Assembly: GCF_001194135.2 (NCBI RefSeq)
Contig: NC_068983.1
Coordinates: 137,394,429-137,458,428 of the forward strand
Reading direction: 5' to 3'
DNA length: 64,000 nucleotides
From: Octopus bimaculoides
Taxonomy: Eukaryota
The position numbers and the translations under genes were made by a program. The notes beneath the pieces are model-generated. The model was not told the origin of the DNA and did not search any database. It saw only the letters and a program-made list of their open reading frames with translations. This document shows, piece after piece, positions 40,467 through 52,995 of the stretch; the stretch's first letter is position 1, and every line of letters starts with the position of its first letter.

Positions 40467-42066
40467 GTAAGCCGGAATTAATAATATACATTTGTTTATT
40501 CTTGTTTGTTATGGAAACAAAATATTCCTCTGTTCATAAGCGTGGCTCTGTTTAACCACCACCTGGTTTTTGGATGACTTTAGCGTAGTCCACTCTGTTG
40601 TAGACATTCATATCAGGTCTATGAAGAGCTTTCTCTCCTAAGCTCTAAAACTAATATTTGTAGACAATTATTTCACATGTCATTTCTGGCTTGATAATTT
40701 ACCGTCTTAGGCTATCTATCAGTCAGCAAGGGAAACAAATCGTAATTAAATTACACCCTGCTGCCTTACATAGATAATGAACTCTGTATGATCCCTTTAT
40801 TTTAAAATTAGCACCCAAATTTAATTTAAATCACATCCTTATTGATTCTCCCTACGTGAGCTGACGAAGGAGTCTTACACTGCATCGAATCTTGAATTGG
40901 TTGAAGTAGCAGTCATATTTCCTTCCTTGTTTTAGATAGCTTCGAAACAGTACTTGTATCTGTGTAGTTACTTGTGTATCTTTTTCTGTGTAGTTACTTG
41001 TGTATCTTTTTCCATCAAACATAAGCTCCGTTTTAATTAACAATTGCAATCCAGTAACGATACCTCGCAGCAGTGCCTGAGAATCCGAGCACGCTTTTGT
41101 TTTTCGTAGTGCGTTATGGGTGGAATAATAGTGATGCCAGGAATTGTTTATTGTGAGTTTTCAACTTTTAACGTCCTAAATGTGAATTACTCGGGTACTG
41201 TAAGCGTAGTGTAGTGTCTGCGTTAGGAAAGACTAGAATGTAAAATACAGTTGAGAAAATAAAGTGCACACGAAGAAACATGTATTTGGTGCCCCAAACC
41301 CTTGTAGTAAATTAGACAGTGGGGAAAAACTGGAAAAATTATTAGTGTCCTGGCTTGACGATGATGATAACGTCCCTGTTTTGCAGGCGGTCATTCTGAA
41401 CAAAGTCCTTATTTGCCTGAATATGAAGAGTCAAGATAGCACTAACATTTATGGTCAGCAAAGGGTGGTTTCATTAAGACCAGAGTAAGGGAAACAGTAT
41501 AATTGTTTCATAAGAATAAATAAATAATTATAGAACAGAAATATTGAGAATAGATTTTAGCAATTTGGAATTTCTCATTAAATCTTAATTTGGTCCTAGT
41601 GTGTGAATGATGTAGATGTGCTATTTTATAATTGCCCTTTTCTATCTTCATGTAAAAACTTTGTGGCAACGTTCTTTATTCAGAAATATACATTGGAGGT
41701 GTACAACATGCATCCCACCCCATTTTATATTTTCAACTGTCAGGTGGACGTAACTGTTTTGGGTTCGTTTTCATATCGTAGATATTTATCAAGAATAGAT
41801 CCGTAATCAATCTAAAACTAATCGTGTGAATAAAGGGCAGAACGGTGTGCGTACAAGTTATTAAAATCATATTAAATTTTTATTGCCATGGACCACAAAA
41901 ACGGTTGTAGTAGTAGTAGTAGTAGTAGTAAAATGACGTTTTCGTTTGGGAGCTGGGTAGGGCTATTAAGCTAATTTAGTTGTGAATATGTTTTGAAAGG
42001 TAAATAACCAAATGCAATAAACTTTACTGAGTGTAAATTTCCTTACTTTTTGAAACCGTTCAGTGT

Positions 42067-42099
<33 letters not shown>

Positions 42100-42380
42100 T
42101 ATCATTGTGGATTCCGAAAGTCGTCCTTATCTGACAGTTGATTTCATTACTTACATCCTTTCTTTTCTCGTTGGTTATTGTGCTCATGCGCTTCTGTTCA
42201 ACTAATAAAACCATGAAATGGTTGGCAGCTCCATCCAGAAGTCTTGCGTTTAAATTAGATAGCTGTAGTGACGATGGTATTTAGTAGCATTAGTTATGTA
42301 TGTTGTAGTGTCGGTTGTGCTCTCCCCTTGCCTCTAACTCTTGTTACTGAGCTCTCTCCCCTCCCTGCAGTCAGCTCGCC

Positions 42381-42578
42381 ATGGTGCGCCGATGTGTGTG
42401 GGGTTTGTGTAACGCCGACGAAAGGTACCCAGAACGAATAAACGGTGGATTTTTCATTCCTTTTCCTAAACCGCGTACAAAGCTAGAAAAGTGTTTGCGT
42501 TGGATTGAAGCATGCGGTCGGCCGTATTCTCAACTAAATGTATTCAAGATCGATCAGAATAAATATGTCTGTTCAAAG
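42381..42578 (+). CDS. Variable exon V8: N-terminal part of a split THAP domain (66 codons, ends ..YVCSK, phase 0)
   Basis: MVRRCVWGLCNADERYPER..FIPFPKPR..CLRWIEACGRP..YVCSK. Kozak GCTCGCCATGG; pyrimidine-rich acceptor CTCCCTGCAG| at 42370/42371; donor AAG|GTAAGG at 42578/42579. Confidence 0.9.
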
Positions 42579-43427
42579 GTAAGGATTGATAAAGCTAACT
42601 GACTTGTTTTCCGTTGTTTTCATTTCATCTCATGTCATTTCCTTTCTCAGCTATTTATGAATTTGCATCCCGTAAGTGATACTTTTTTCATTCCGCATGA
42701 TATAATTTAAAATCTAGTTTGATACTATAGAATGAAATACCGAAAAGATTTCCTTACAAAACATGCCTTATTAAAACAAATTTGTGTGTGTGTGTGACTG
42801 AGTCGAACGCGTAATGTTTTCTCACTTATCCTCTTCTTATAATTGGTTATTTACACGCCGAAAACCTTTTCACTCTATCTGTGGATATGAAATATTCTTG
42901 CGCAGTAGTCATTGTTTCTCTCTTTATACAGCATCTACATACGCACACAAAGGAGAAAAAAGACAGGAAGAGTAGCGGAATGATTTGTAACACACTTACG
43001 CTGAAAGCCATTGTAGCAGTTGGGAGGAGTGGGGGGTAATCGGCACGGTCATATAAGCATCTTAGTTGCTGCTATTGACACGACGTGAATGAATATACAC
43101 ATATGTGATAGATTTTTCACCGCTATTTTTTTTTACATATTATTGTAGTTGAATTATTTTGACTAATCTACGGTAGTATGCTGTTGCTAACTGGAAAGCT
43201 TATTTCTATAGCTGGTTGTCCCTAAATCTCAGACAAAAATAGTCCATAAATAGTCCCTATTTCTGACTGCGATATAGTTATATACGAAATCTTATTCTAT
43301 TGGGGGTTTTTTTTGTTTTCTTTCTTTTTCAAGTTAGCTACTGTTTGCTTTATTTCGATTTGTTTATGAAAGTAAATAGTTTTCGTTGAAGTGTGCCATC
43401 TATTCCCCCTCCTCCCCAAACAGACTC

Positions 43428-43432
<5 letters not shown>

Positions 43433-43500
<68 letters not shown>

Positions 43501-43508
43501 TATATATA
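43433..43508. repeat. (TG)n(TA)n microsatellite
   Basis: Direct reading. Confidence 0.9.
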
Positions 43509-45189
43509 TCGACTCTCAAAATGGCTACCGTGCCTCAACTGCATCACGAATAAGAACAAAAAGCAAATTAAACAGTTGATCTCCCTACTCAAATCTTTAA
43601 GTCCATTAAATGGTTTGTTGCTAGGGGTTCCCCCCTCGTCCCGGTTTTAATTAGGCAACCACGTACAGGCGTTTATCGTTTTCAGTAATTTAGATGTTGA
43701 GTGGAATACATAAACGATGAGTATTAGTACTGCTATATTATGATGCTATATAGAGACCGAATTGGATTTCTCTAGAAACTGATAAATTACTTGGCCTTCT
43801 CCTTAAACTATGTTTATTATTTGTTTGTTTACATCCGCATTGATACGCATGAGTTATTATCCCCAACATCGTTTTAGAAAGTACAGTTGGAATGTTATAC
43901 ATATTTTCGATGTGTGTGTGTGTGTATACACACATCTTGAAAAGGCACGAGGATTATTAGCTAGCTTTTATCTTATTGACCCAAGGCAGGATTTGAACTT
44001 GGAGCAAGGAGGTTGTAAACACTGAAAAGCTGGCGTGAAATTGGAATGTGGCGTGCATATCTTTCCCATGAGTTGTGGGCAACTAGGACTGAAAATCGTA
44101 ACTGACATTTAACATGCTCAAATATTTTTCTTATGTGATCGTAGCATCGATGTCTTGCAAATTTATTTTTAGGAAAGGGGTATCAGAAAATGTTGACATT
44201 CATGTCGCATTCTCAAGGGCATTCACCCTAGAAACTTTCTATGTCTGTTTGGAATTTAGTTGCAATGTTGATTACAAATCTAACACTTGTAACTCTACAT
44301 TATGTTTCTGGATTTGTAGCACCCTCTCTCTACTTTAACCAACTACAGCTACATTTTTTAAATTCTATTTCCCAAATTCTGTCTTTAACTTCAGAACCTT
44401 GAACTAGTAGGCATTTCTTGGTACCCTGATACTTAGTGGATATGCATACGGCAGTCTCATAGTTCCTAAAACATTGGGATACAAGGACAGGAAACCGTTT
44501 ACATTCAAGACTGGCTGATCAAATCCACGAACCAATGAGGGTGCCTTATGTCAGTCACTTCGTTAGATATACGGGCCAATTCTCCCTCAAGTAATACCAC
44601 CATCATCGTTTTAAAATGATAAATTTTCTCGATCATAGCCTAAACAATTACTGATAAATTTACATTCCAAAATAATACAAATGGTAGGTTTCTTGAGGTT
44701 TTTGTTAGTGTTAAAGAACTTAGTGGTTTTGATGACAATAACCGGTTGATAACATTCATTGTTTAAAGAATTTAAAGCAAAATTGTTAAAGCGTTGAAAG
44801 AAATGCCTTGCAGTATTTCTCCTGCTCTTTATGTTGGAAATTCAAATTTCACTTATGTCAAATTTGCCTTTCATTTTTCTGGGATCAATAGTATCAACTC
44901 AACCCCTCCTCGAAATTGCTAGTCTAAATCAAAAGAATTAAACAAAAATATGTAATTTAAGTGCACAAGGTATAGAGTTAAAATAGTCATTAAGGATATG
45001 AAGACAGGTCCATCAGAAATAGTTGTTGAGATGCTAAAAATATCTCAAATAGGACTTGCATAGTCAACCTAATAACACAGAGAGTTGTTGTACACAGTGG
45101 TTAGCATGACAGTATAATTGTCAAATGTTACACGGGCAAAGGAAATACTTTTAGAAAGAAGCAGTTAGAAGCATATCAGACTGTATGGA

Positions 45190-45920
45190 CCAAGATATGG
45201 AAGAAGTTTGGTGTCTTCATGGCGATGAGATTATGAGAAATGGTCTTCATCTGTTCTCTGAGTGCATAGAGTAAAACAGTTAAAGGAGTCATTGCCTTTA
45301 CTGGCAACAAAGAGATTCTCTTCAAGCAAAAAGTTGACTGGAGAGAATGTGAAAGCCTGAAATGAAATAAGCATCCCACATTGGAGGTGTAATATTAGTG
45401 TACATGAGAGCAATGTGGTAGAAAGAGAGAATCTGGATATAAGAATCAGGTGTAGTGTCCAAGAGAGACAACTGCATTGGTACAGACATGTATGGGTAGG
45501 TTGATTAGATGTACCCAGCAACTCAACGGGAGAAAGCTGTTGATAAAATAACACAAGTGGAGAGGGACTAGTTCACCTATGTATGCATTAAAAAAGCAGA
45601 TGTAAAAATAAAACTGTTTAATATTGTCTAAATATAACATGCAGCTATCATGTACTACTGCATGAACACTCAGAACACAACTAATTAATGTCTACATTTG
45701 TGTAATAGTTATGACTCCTATGTACTCTACTCTTTATTACTTACCCAACCCTGCTGTTTTAAATTGATACAGAGGCAAAAGAGATGTTCTAGAAAGATAA
45801 AACTACAGAAGTATTGAGCTTTTGGACCTGGTTGTTAAAGTTATAGAAAGGGCTATTGCAAAACTGATTTAGAAGAGGATTAGGCTAGTTGAGGTGTAGT
45901 TCAACTTTGTCAGGAGGAGG
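45190..45920 (+). mobile_element. Two decayed RTE-LINE RT fragments
   Basis: 45190-45560 has GAGTCATTGCCTTTACTGGCAACAAAGAGATTCTC, matching the RTE at 22448. About 45800-45920 reads NYRSIELLDLVVKVIERAIAKLI, like RTE NYRGIKLLD..KV.ERVI. Confidence 0.6.
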
Positions 45921-45975
45921 TACTTCTGCTTCTATTACTTCACTAGCACTATCTCTCCAATTTCACCCAATATGG

Positions 45976-46117
45976 NNNNNNNNNNNNNNNNNNNNNNNNN
46001 NNNNNNNNNNNNNNNNNNNNNNNNNNNNNNNNNNNNNNNNNNNNNNNNNNNNNNNNNNNNNNNNNNNNNNNNNNNNNNNNNNNNNNNNNNNNNNNNNNNN
46101 NNNNNNNNNNNNNNNNN
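45976..46117. other. Assembly gap flanked by a duplicated 319-bp segment
   Basis: 45657-45975 reads the same as 46118-46436. Confidence 0.95.
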
Positions 46118-46960
46118 ACTGCATGAACACTCAGAACACAACTAATTAATGTCTACATTTGTGTAATAGTTATGACTCCTATGTACTCTACTCTTTATTA
46201 CTTACCCAACCCTGCTGTTTTAAATTGATACAGAGGCAAAAGAGATGTTCTAGAAAGATAAAACTACAGAAGTATTGAGCTTTTGGACCTGGTTGTTAAA
46301 GTTATAGAAAGGGCTATTGCAAAACTGATTTAGAAGAGGATTAGGCTAGTTGAGGTGTAGTTCAACTTTGTCAGGAGGAGGTACTTCTGCTTCTATTACT
46401 TCACTAGCACTATCTCTCCAATTTCACCCAATATGGTAAGCAAACAAACAAGACCTCATAGGGTTGAGTGAACCCTTGTTATTGCCTTGCAGACACACAA
46501 ACCTCTCTAGTATTAGTGCCACCAAAAAATACACTCTGTAAATTAATTCTCTTACATTATTTACCTCCCTAATGACTATTATCTTACATCTGTAGATTGT
46601 TGTTACATGTAGTGAGAGATACTATACACCATGTCACTTTGTGTTGTAACAAGTGACAGAACAGTTGGTGTTAAAACACTACCCCAACATGTAGGTTTCT
46701 ATGTACACACACATATATATATCTGAGGTGCAGTCAATCTAGATGGATCAGGAAAATGCATCTTGCTCATATTTAACAAGAAAAATTACTAATAGACATG
46801 TCATGGTGTGGCAGATGCAGTAATAGTAAACTTTGCAGAACATATACATGCATAACCACGTCTGTGAGGCTAGGAAGTTCACTTCACATATGTGACTTTG
46901 TGTCCAGTTTTTCCTTAAATCTATTATGTATAATAAATATTAAAGTATACATGTGTGTGT

Positions 46961-48401
46961 TTAACTCTTTAGCATTTAAACCAGCCATATCCAACCCGAA
47001 TATTCTACCTGTTTTACGTTCAAACCAGCTAGATCTGGTTTCACACACCTACTCTACAATATCAATCTAAATACAGGGTGCGAGATGTATTTGAGGACAG
47101 TTGGTATACAATAAAACAACTATATTTCAGCATAAATAAATATGTATTTGAATAAACATTTGTGCAATTAGTCTTGATAATGATTTTTTATGCAAATTAT
47201 TCTATGAAACCACTTTCGACTTCAATGATTGCTTCAGTGCGGGATCGAAACTGCTAGCATGCTGATATTATATGGTTCTTACTCATTTCGGACATTACCT
47301 GGACAATGGCAGCCTATGAAGCTATGGTATTATGGGGATGATAATTAGTATCCTTTCAGCAGTGCTCCACGTGTAGTCCATAGGGTTCAAATCTGGCAGG
47401 TTTGGAGGCCACATATTGGGTGTCACATAATTGTAAAGATTGTCTGACAATCATTTTTGGGTGACTAGGACTTTGTGAGAAGGTGCTGAGTCTTGCATAC
47501 TTCATCAATCCAGAACTTGATAAGTTTCCAGTACCTCAATGTATCCAGCAGCATTAATTCTAAGACCCTGTGGAAAAAAAAGTGGGGAGGCATCTCATGA
47601 TCTTCACTGCTCACCACTCCTAAAACCAACACAGTTGCTGGAAATTTTGTGTGCATTACTCTGGGTACTTTAGAAGGATCTGCACATAACCACCTGTCAT
47701 TTCTTCTGTTAGACTTGATCCTGGTCAAAGTTTTTTTTCTTCATCAGAAAATTCATGAGGGTTTTTCACTTTGTTAAGAAACCATTTTGAACAGATGAGA
47801 CAGTTTTCTTGTGTCTTCGCAGACACAAATTGGCCTTTCCTCATTGCATAGGACTTGTATTGATTGTCACTATGTACCATAGTTCTTATAGTCTACTCTG
47901 ACACCTCTAATTCTTAAGCAATGGACCTCATTGATCTTCTGGGATTTTCATTGATAATATTTTGAACATGTATAAATTCCAGTGTCCTTTTAGTGTCTGA
48001 GCATTGTGAATGTTTTTTTTCTCTTTGATACAGGTGAAACAATACCATCGCATGCCTTCAATTCCAACCTAACTTTGTGTACAAATGATCTTGCAACACT
48101 TGCTAGAAAGTTGCTGATTTCTAAATCATTGTGGTTTGCATATATAGCAACTATGACTGCATGTCTTTTCATTTCTTGAGTTAGCATATCTTGAAAGGGT
48201 TATCTGGGGAAAAAAATTATACATTAAATAATTTGAAGGTGTAATGAGCTAAAAATGAAATGTCCTCAAACAACCCTAGCACCCTGTATATGCAATTATA
48301 TCTTCAAAATCTCAAAACTATGAGATAATTCATGATTGATACAAAGAAATGTAAATAAATACGCATTACATTTGACAATAATTTGGACACTAAAGGGTTA
48401 A
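46961..48401. mobile_element. piggyBac-like MITE interrupted by a mariner element
   Basis: TTAA-CTCTTTAGCAT left end and CACTAAAGGG-TTAA right end. The two halves match the intact copy at 11065-11275. Confidence 0.7.
47074..48286 (-). mobile_element. Degraded Tc1/mariner-superfamily (maT-like) transposon, ~1.2 kb
   Basis: TA-CAGGGTGCGAGATGTATTTGAGGACA left end and TGTCCTCAAACAACCCTAGCACCCTG-TA right end. Minus-strand remnants include HTKFPATVLVLGVVSSE and WPPNLPDLNPMDY, with stops and frameshifts. Confidence 0.85.
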
Positions 48402-50214
48402 ATCAGTGTATTATGATGTTTGAGGGCTTTCAGAATAACAGCATTGTAATTGGATGTAGTTTAGGGTTTCTGGAATGTAGTTTTAACTATATAATACTAA
48501 TACTTAATTCCTGACATAATACCAATAGTAGGTATGTCTCTGAGGAGTAACATGGATATTGAATCTTAATCTTGGAATCCATCTTTGAAATTAACCCACA
48601 AAACTCAGTCACAAACAACATAGCAATAAACATTTACATGTATGTTCATCTAAGTGCACTAAATATTTTTTATTATATAATACATAATGTATAGATTAGA
48701 TATAAATTGGTCCACATGGCCGATTAAGGACATACACAATATGATCATACATACACACACAACCAAGTGGTATTATGGTTTAGTCCTGTATTTACATAGC
48801 ACTTTGAGTGTCTTTGCTATAGCTCCAGACCTTGTGAATGAATTTGAATGAAAAATTGCAGGAAGCCCATAAATGTTTATGACAGTTGATATTCTATGCT
48901 TGTCACCACATGAATGAAACTGGTGTTTGTATGCCTTGTTGATATTATTGCCTGTCACTGTGCATTTGAAAACCTGAATTTTTTTTTTTTTTTTAAAAAG
49001 AGCCCTTCCTTGAAATAAGTTACAGTTTAGCAAAAAAGAAAAACATCTGGCTATGATATCCTGCCTCAAATAACACCATGTCTAACCAATGCTAGCATGG
49101 AAAACAGACCTTGAAATGAACAATACACACATGATATACATGTGTATATGTAGGTATACAAGCCTACATACATATATGAAGTCAAAAAATAAAATTAACA
49201 ATAACAAACAAGGACATGCACAAAGAATGTATTAGTTTGATGCTCAGTAAAAAGAGAGAGTTTTTGACGTTTTGGGCATAACTCTTTCATCGGAAAGGAG
49301 ACAGGGAAAGGTCCAAAGAAGGAAAAGAAATTGTCAACAGCATGTGTGTAGTTACATTCACACACAAACACACTTGCATATGATAATTGCTAGCTGCTTT
49401 CCTTCATGAGAAAATGCAAACCCCTCTACCAGCCTACTGTATTTGTCAAAAGGAAAAATTACCTATCTATCTTTATTGTTGCTAGTGAACATACGTTGTT
49501 AATGAACTTCAAGCCTTTAGCTTCTAATAATGAGATATCCCACCCTAGGTCTCACTGGCCTCCTACCCTGCTCCCTGTAGAGATTGCAGCCTAATTATGT
49601 TGGTCATTTGAATTTATTCATAACCCAACGCCATCAAATTGGTTACTATTGAAACTAAAATACCCTATCCTACAGAATAGTGGACTAATTGTCTACACTC
49701 TATCTCAAGTACAGTATCCAAGGCAGAGAGCTGATGTCACTGAATTTGTTATCCTGCAGAATGCCTACAAATTTACACCAACATCTTGTCTGCTCCATCA
49801 AGTGAACCTAACAATAAAATAACTGTTACCAGTATGAGAGCAAAACTAACCACATGGTTTAAACTGACCAATAGAATTCTATACACCTAGAAACCATTGT
49901 TTTTCAAATTCTTTCCACTCTTCTTCAAACCGATGAAGTGGGATGTCTTTGCCTATGAAACTTAAATGCAGAACTGAATCAGTTAAGTAAATATGTCATT
50001 TTTTTTGTCCAACTTTTCCATACTTGAATAGGTCAGACAGAATTCATTGAGGTTTATTTTCTGTGACTGGATGCTCTTCCTGTCATCACCTTCCTGTTTT
50101 ACAAGCAAGGTAATATTTTCCCATGGCTAGACATGTTTTCACTAATGTTTAGAAATGAATGGTACCGTTATATGATGGTGTTTCGCGATATCAAGACAGA
50201 ATGAAAACGTACAT

Positions 50215-50365
50215 ATTAACAGCCTTCTATCAGTTTCTCTGCCAGATCCACTCATAAGACACAGGACGACACGAAGCTGTAATAGAAGACACTTGCCCAA
50301 AGCACCATGCAGTGGGACTGAACCCCTAAATTATCTGGTTGGGAAGCAAACTTCTTAATCACATA
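50215..50365 (-). mobile_element. tRNA-derived SINE head
   Basis: AGAAGACACTTGCCCAA..GCAGTGGGACTGAACCC is shared with 55430-55480. Confidence 0.65.
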
Positions 50366-51109
50366 GTCATACCTAATACAAGTTTATGTATGGTGTGTGC
50401 ACTCTACTTTGCACTTTCTCCTCATTAAGCTTTCCTCATTTATCTTAATACCCATCTATCCATTGTGACTTCAAAGTTTTGGTTTCTCACCGTCATCTGA
50501 TGACAATGAGCATGCACTCTACTGGCAGCAACGTGGCTATGTCAACAAGAAGTTTGTTTCACTATCTTCTGCTACGGCCACAGTGTGATAAAATTTGGTG
50601 AACAGAAACAGGACATTAAATGGTACCAATTTTTCTTTAAGCAATGCCAACTTAAAGACAGACATACTTCACAACACACTTCTGCAGTTTCCATCTACCA
50701 TATTCACAAGGTTATCACCTAAACAGATGCATGGTTAAGTAATTGACTATGTATGTATGCATAGAAACGACTGTAAATTCATACAACACCCACCTTTCTG
50801 TTTTATGCTGTATTTTGTAGACATTCTACATGTGTAGTATGAATATTTTGAGCCAATAAGGGAACCTGTGATAAAACTAATTAGCTGATTTAATTACCGT
50901 TTTATAGTATATATTTTATAAAAAAAAAAAGTAAGCCGCCATAGTGTTGAACTTTGGAGTTCAACTTTTGTACCTGCTTTTCATCTTTCTCATATCGGTA
51001 AAATATTAATCCACGGCGTTAGATTGGCAGAATCAGAACATTAGACAAAGGTCTGCTTGCACGCACACACCCACTGACCTGGGATGGAGCACGAAAAAGT
51101 AGCCCGGAT

Positions 51110-51803
51110 TTTGTAGCGTAGTTTAAATACAAAAATAAATTTACACATGAAAAATATCCAGCTTTTCGTTTGCATGTGCCATTGTGTTATTTTGACTGAA
51201 AAATTAACCCGAGTTCCGTAGCATAGTGTAAATACAGAAATAAATTTACACAAGCAAAAAACGCACTCAGCCTTTCGTTTGCAAGTGCCATTGTGTTATT
51301 TCGACCGCTTGTAACTGCTGATCAAAGATAGCGTACGGGTCGACTGTTTGCTACGTTATCTCTCATCACATTATTTGATTGTATGGTTGCGTTGAGTAAA
51401 TATCTCTGGGGGTTTTCTGCAAAATGACGTACTCAATAGCAGAAAGGATGGAGATTGTGAGAACGGGTTCTGTTAAGCAAACGTGTTAAATTTTTTGAAG
51501 TTAAGTTTCCGGGTAAAGGCTTACCGGCAAAGAGAACGATACAAATGTTGGTTAAGAAGTGGCGCACCACGGGGTCAGTACACAATGCCCCAAAACCAAG
51601 AGACCCTACTGTTCGAACGCCAGAAGTTATTCAGGACGTTCGCCAAAGGATTACTCGAAGTCCAAACAAGTCGACACGTAAATTGGGCGCAGCAGTCTCA
51701 CATAAGCAGGAGGACATCCCAGCGGGTGTTGAAAAGTCTAAAGTTGGATCCAACTGATTTCACATGTGTATAGCAATTAAAAGTGGATGACAAGAACAAA
51801 CGA
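51110..51803 (+). pseudogene. Mariner-like transposase 5' fragment (DUF4817-like HTH) with upstream ~110-bp tandem duplication
   Basis: From ATG 51424: MTYSIAERMEIV..KKWRTTGSV..VRTPEVIQDVRQRITRSPNKSTRKL/AQQSHISRRTSQRVLKSLKL..KNKR. Stops at 51487 and 51771 plus two frameshifts. Duplicated block ..CTTTTCGTTTGCATGTGCCATTGTGTTATTT at about 51115-51200 and 51220-51305. Confidence 0.7.
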
Positions 51804-52299
51804 GTAAATTCATTTCTATATATACACTACGCTACGGAACCCAGGCTACTTTCGTGCACCCACACACTAACCTTTTTATATTTCTCCCTATTTCTGTGTA
51901 AACTGTTCTTTAAGAGAATAATGAGGAATAGGATGGAACATTTTTAGATTGTTATTGATATCGATGAAAGTAAAATGATTCCAAATTAGAATCGAAATCG
52001 AGTGCCCAGGCTCGCTTCCCCTTCTCCTTGAACTTTCAATGTTTTCTCAATAGTAGTTTGTTGCTTTGCAACATCTCGGCAAATTCTCGCGAGAATCTTT
52101 AACGTTATTATGGAAGTCTTCTCTGTGGATGACACGGTGGCGGTTGTCTGTGTTTCGTAGTTTTTAATATTTCATTTGCTTTTTTTATATATATTTAGAA
52201 GTTGTTGTTTTTTTTTTACGTATATTATTGGATTTGTGAATTAATCTAGAAGAATTCATGTCAGATACTCAGAAGAAACATTACGTTGTTTATTTAATT

Positions 52300-52330
52300 G
52301 TGATTTACAAAATGGCCGACTGTTTCAGAG
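52300..52330 (+). promoter_or_regulatory. YY1-like element in a CpG-rich region upstream of V9
   Basis: CAAAATGGCC at 52308-52317, inside a CpG-retaining stretch (about 50900-53250). Confidence 0.35.
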
Positions 52331-52818
52331 AGACACTGAAAATCGACGATTTCACGTAATGTGGGGCTTGTATTTTTATATTGTCAACATATCTATTATA
52401 TGTTCAGATCTTCTAATATAGCGAAAACTTGACAGTTTTCTGTGCGTATATTGAAGATATGATCCTCTTAAAAGACTGATTGTTAAAAAAAAGTCGTTAT
52501 TCGATCACGTCTGACGTGTCGGTAAACAAACGTCAAGGTCCTGCGGAAAAAATAAATAGTTATAGAATTTGCGTTCGTTTTCTTGTATTTATTTTTATTA
52601 GTATTCCATACTTAGGAGTCGAAGAATGCTTAGTGTAAAAATACTATTGTAAATAGTTTTTACTGCACTTCTTCGTACGAAATCGATTGCTGTATTAATA
52701 AAATTAAATGGAAAGGTAACGAATGCTATTTCTAATTATAGTATGATAAAAAGATTGAGTTGTTCGGTGTAAGTGGCTTACTGAAGAAATTTGTTGTTGG
52801 AAATTTTGGAAGTCAATT

Positions 52819-52995
52819 ATGGTTCAGTCGTATGTCCGGAAAACAGACAATGGGAAGTGGTCATCTAGCCAGATGGTTTCTGCCGTATCAGCAGTACTGT
52901 CTGGAAGTCTCAGTATTAGAAAAGCTGCTAAGAAGTTCGCAATCCCTAAAGCCACACTCGCTCGTCATTATAAAAAACCGTGTTATTCCTTCTTA
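52819..52995 (+). CDS. Variable exon V9: pipsqueak-type HTH (pogo-like transposase N-terminus; 59 codons, phase-0 donor)
   Basis: MVQSYVRKTDNGKWSSSQMVSAVSAV..LSIRKAAKKFAIPKATLARH fits HTH_psq. Donor TTA|GTAAGT at 52995/52996; no DDE domain follows. Confidence 0.75.

Noticed and set aside
40960-41012. 26-bp tandem duplication TGTGTAGTTACTTGTGTATCTTTTTC
   Set aside because: Two adjacent copies with no spacer; ordinary slippage, not a CRISPR-like array.
46798-47070. ORF starting MSWCGRCSNS (Cys pair like a THAP start)
   Set aside because: No FP, W or C-x2-H motifs; runs into a MITE; no suitable donor.
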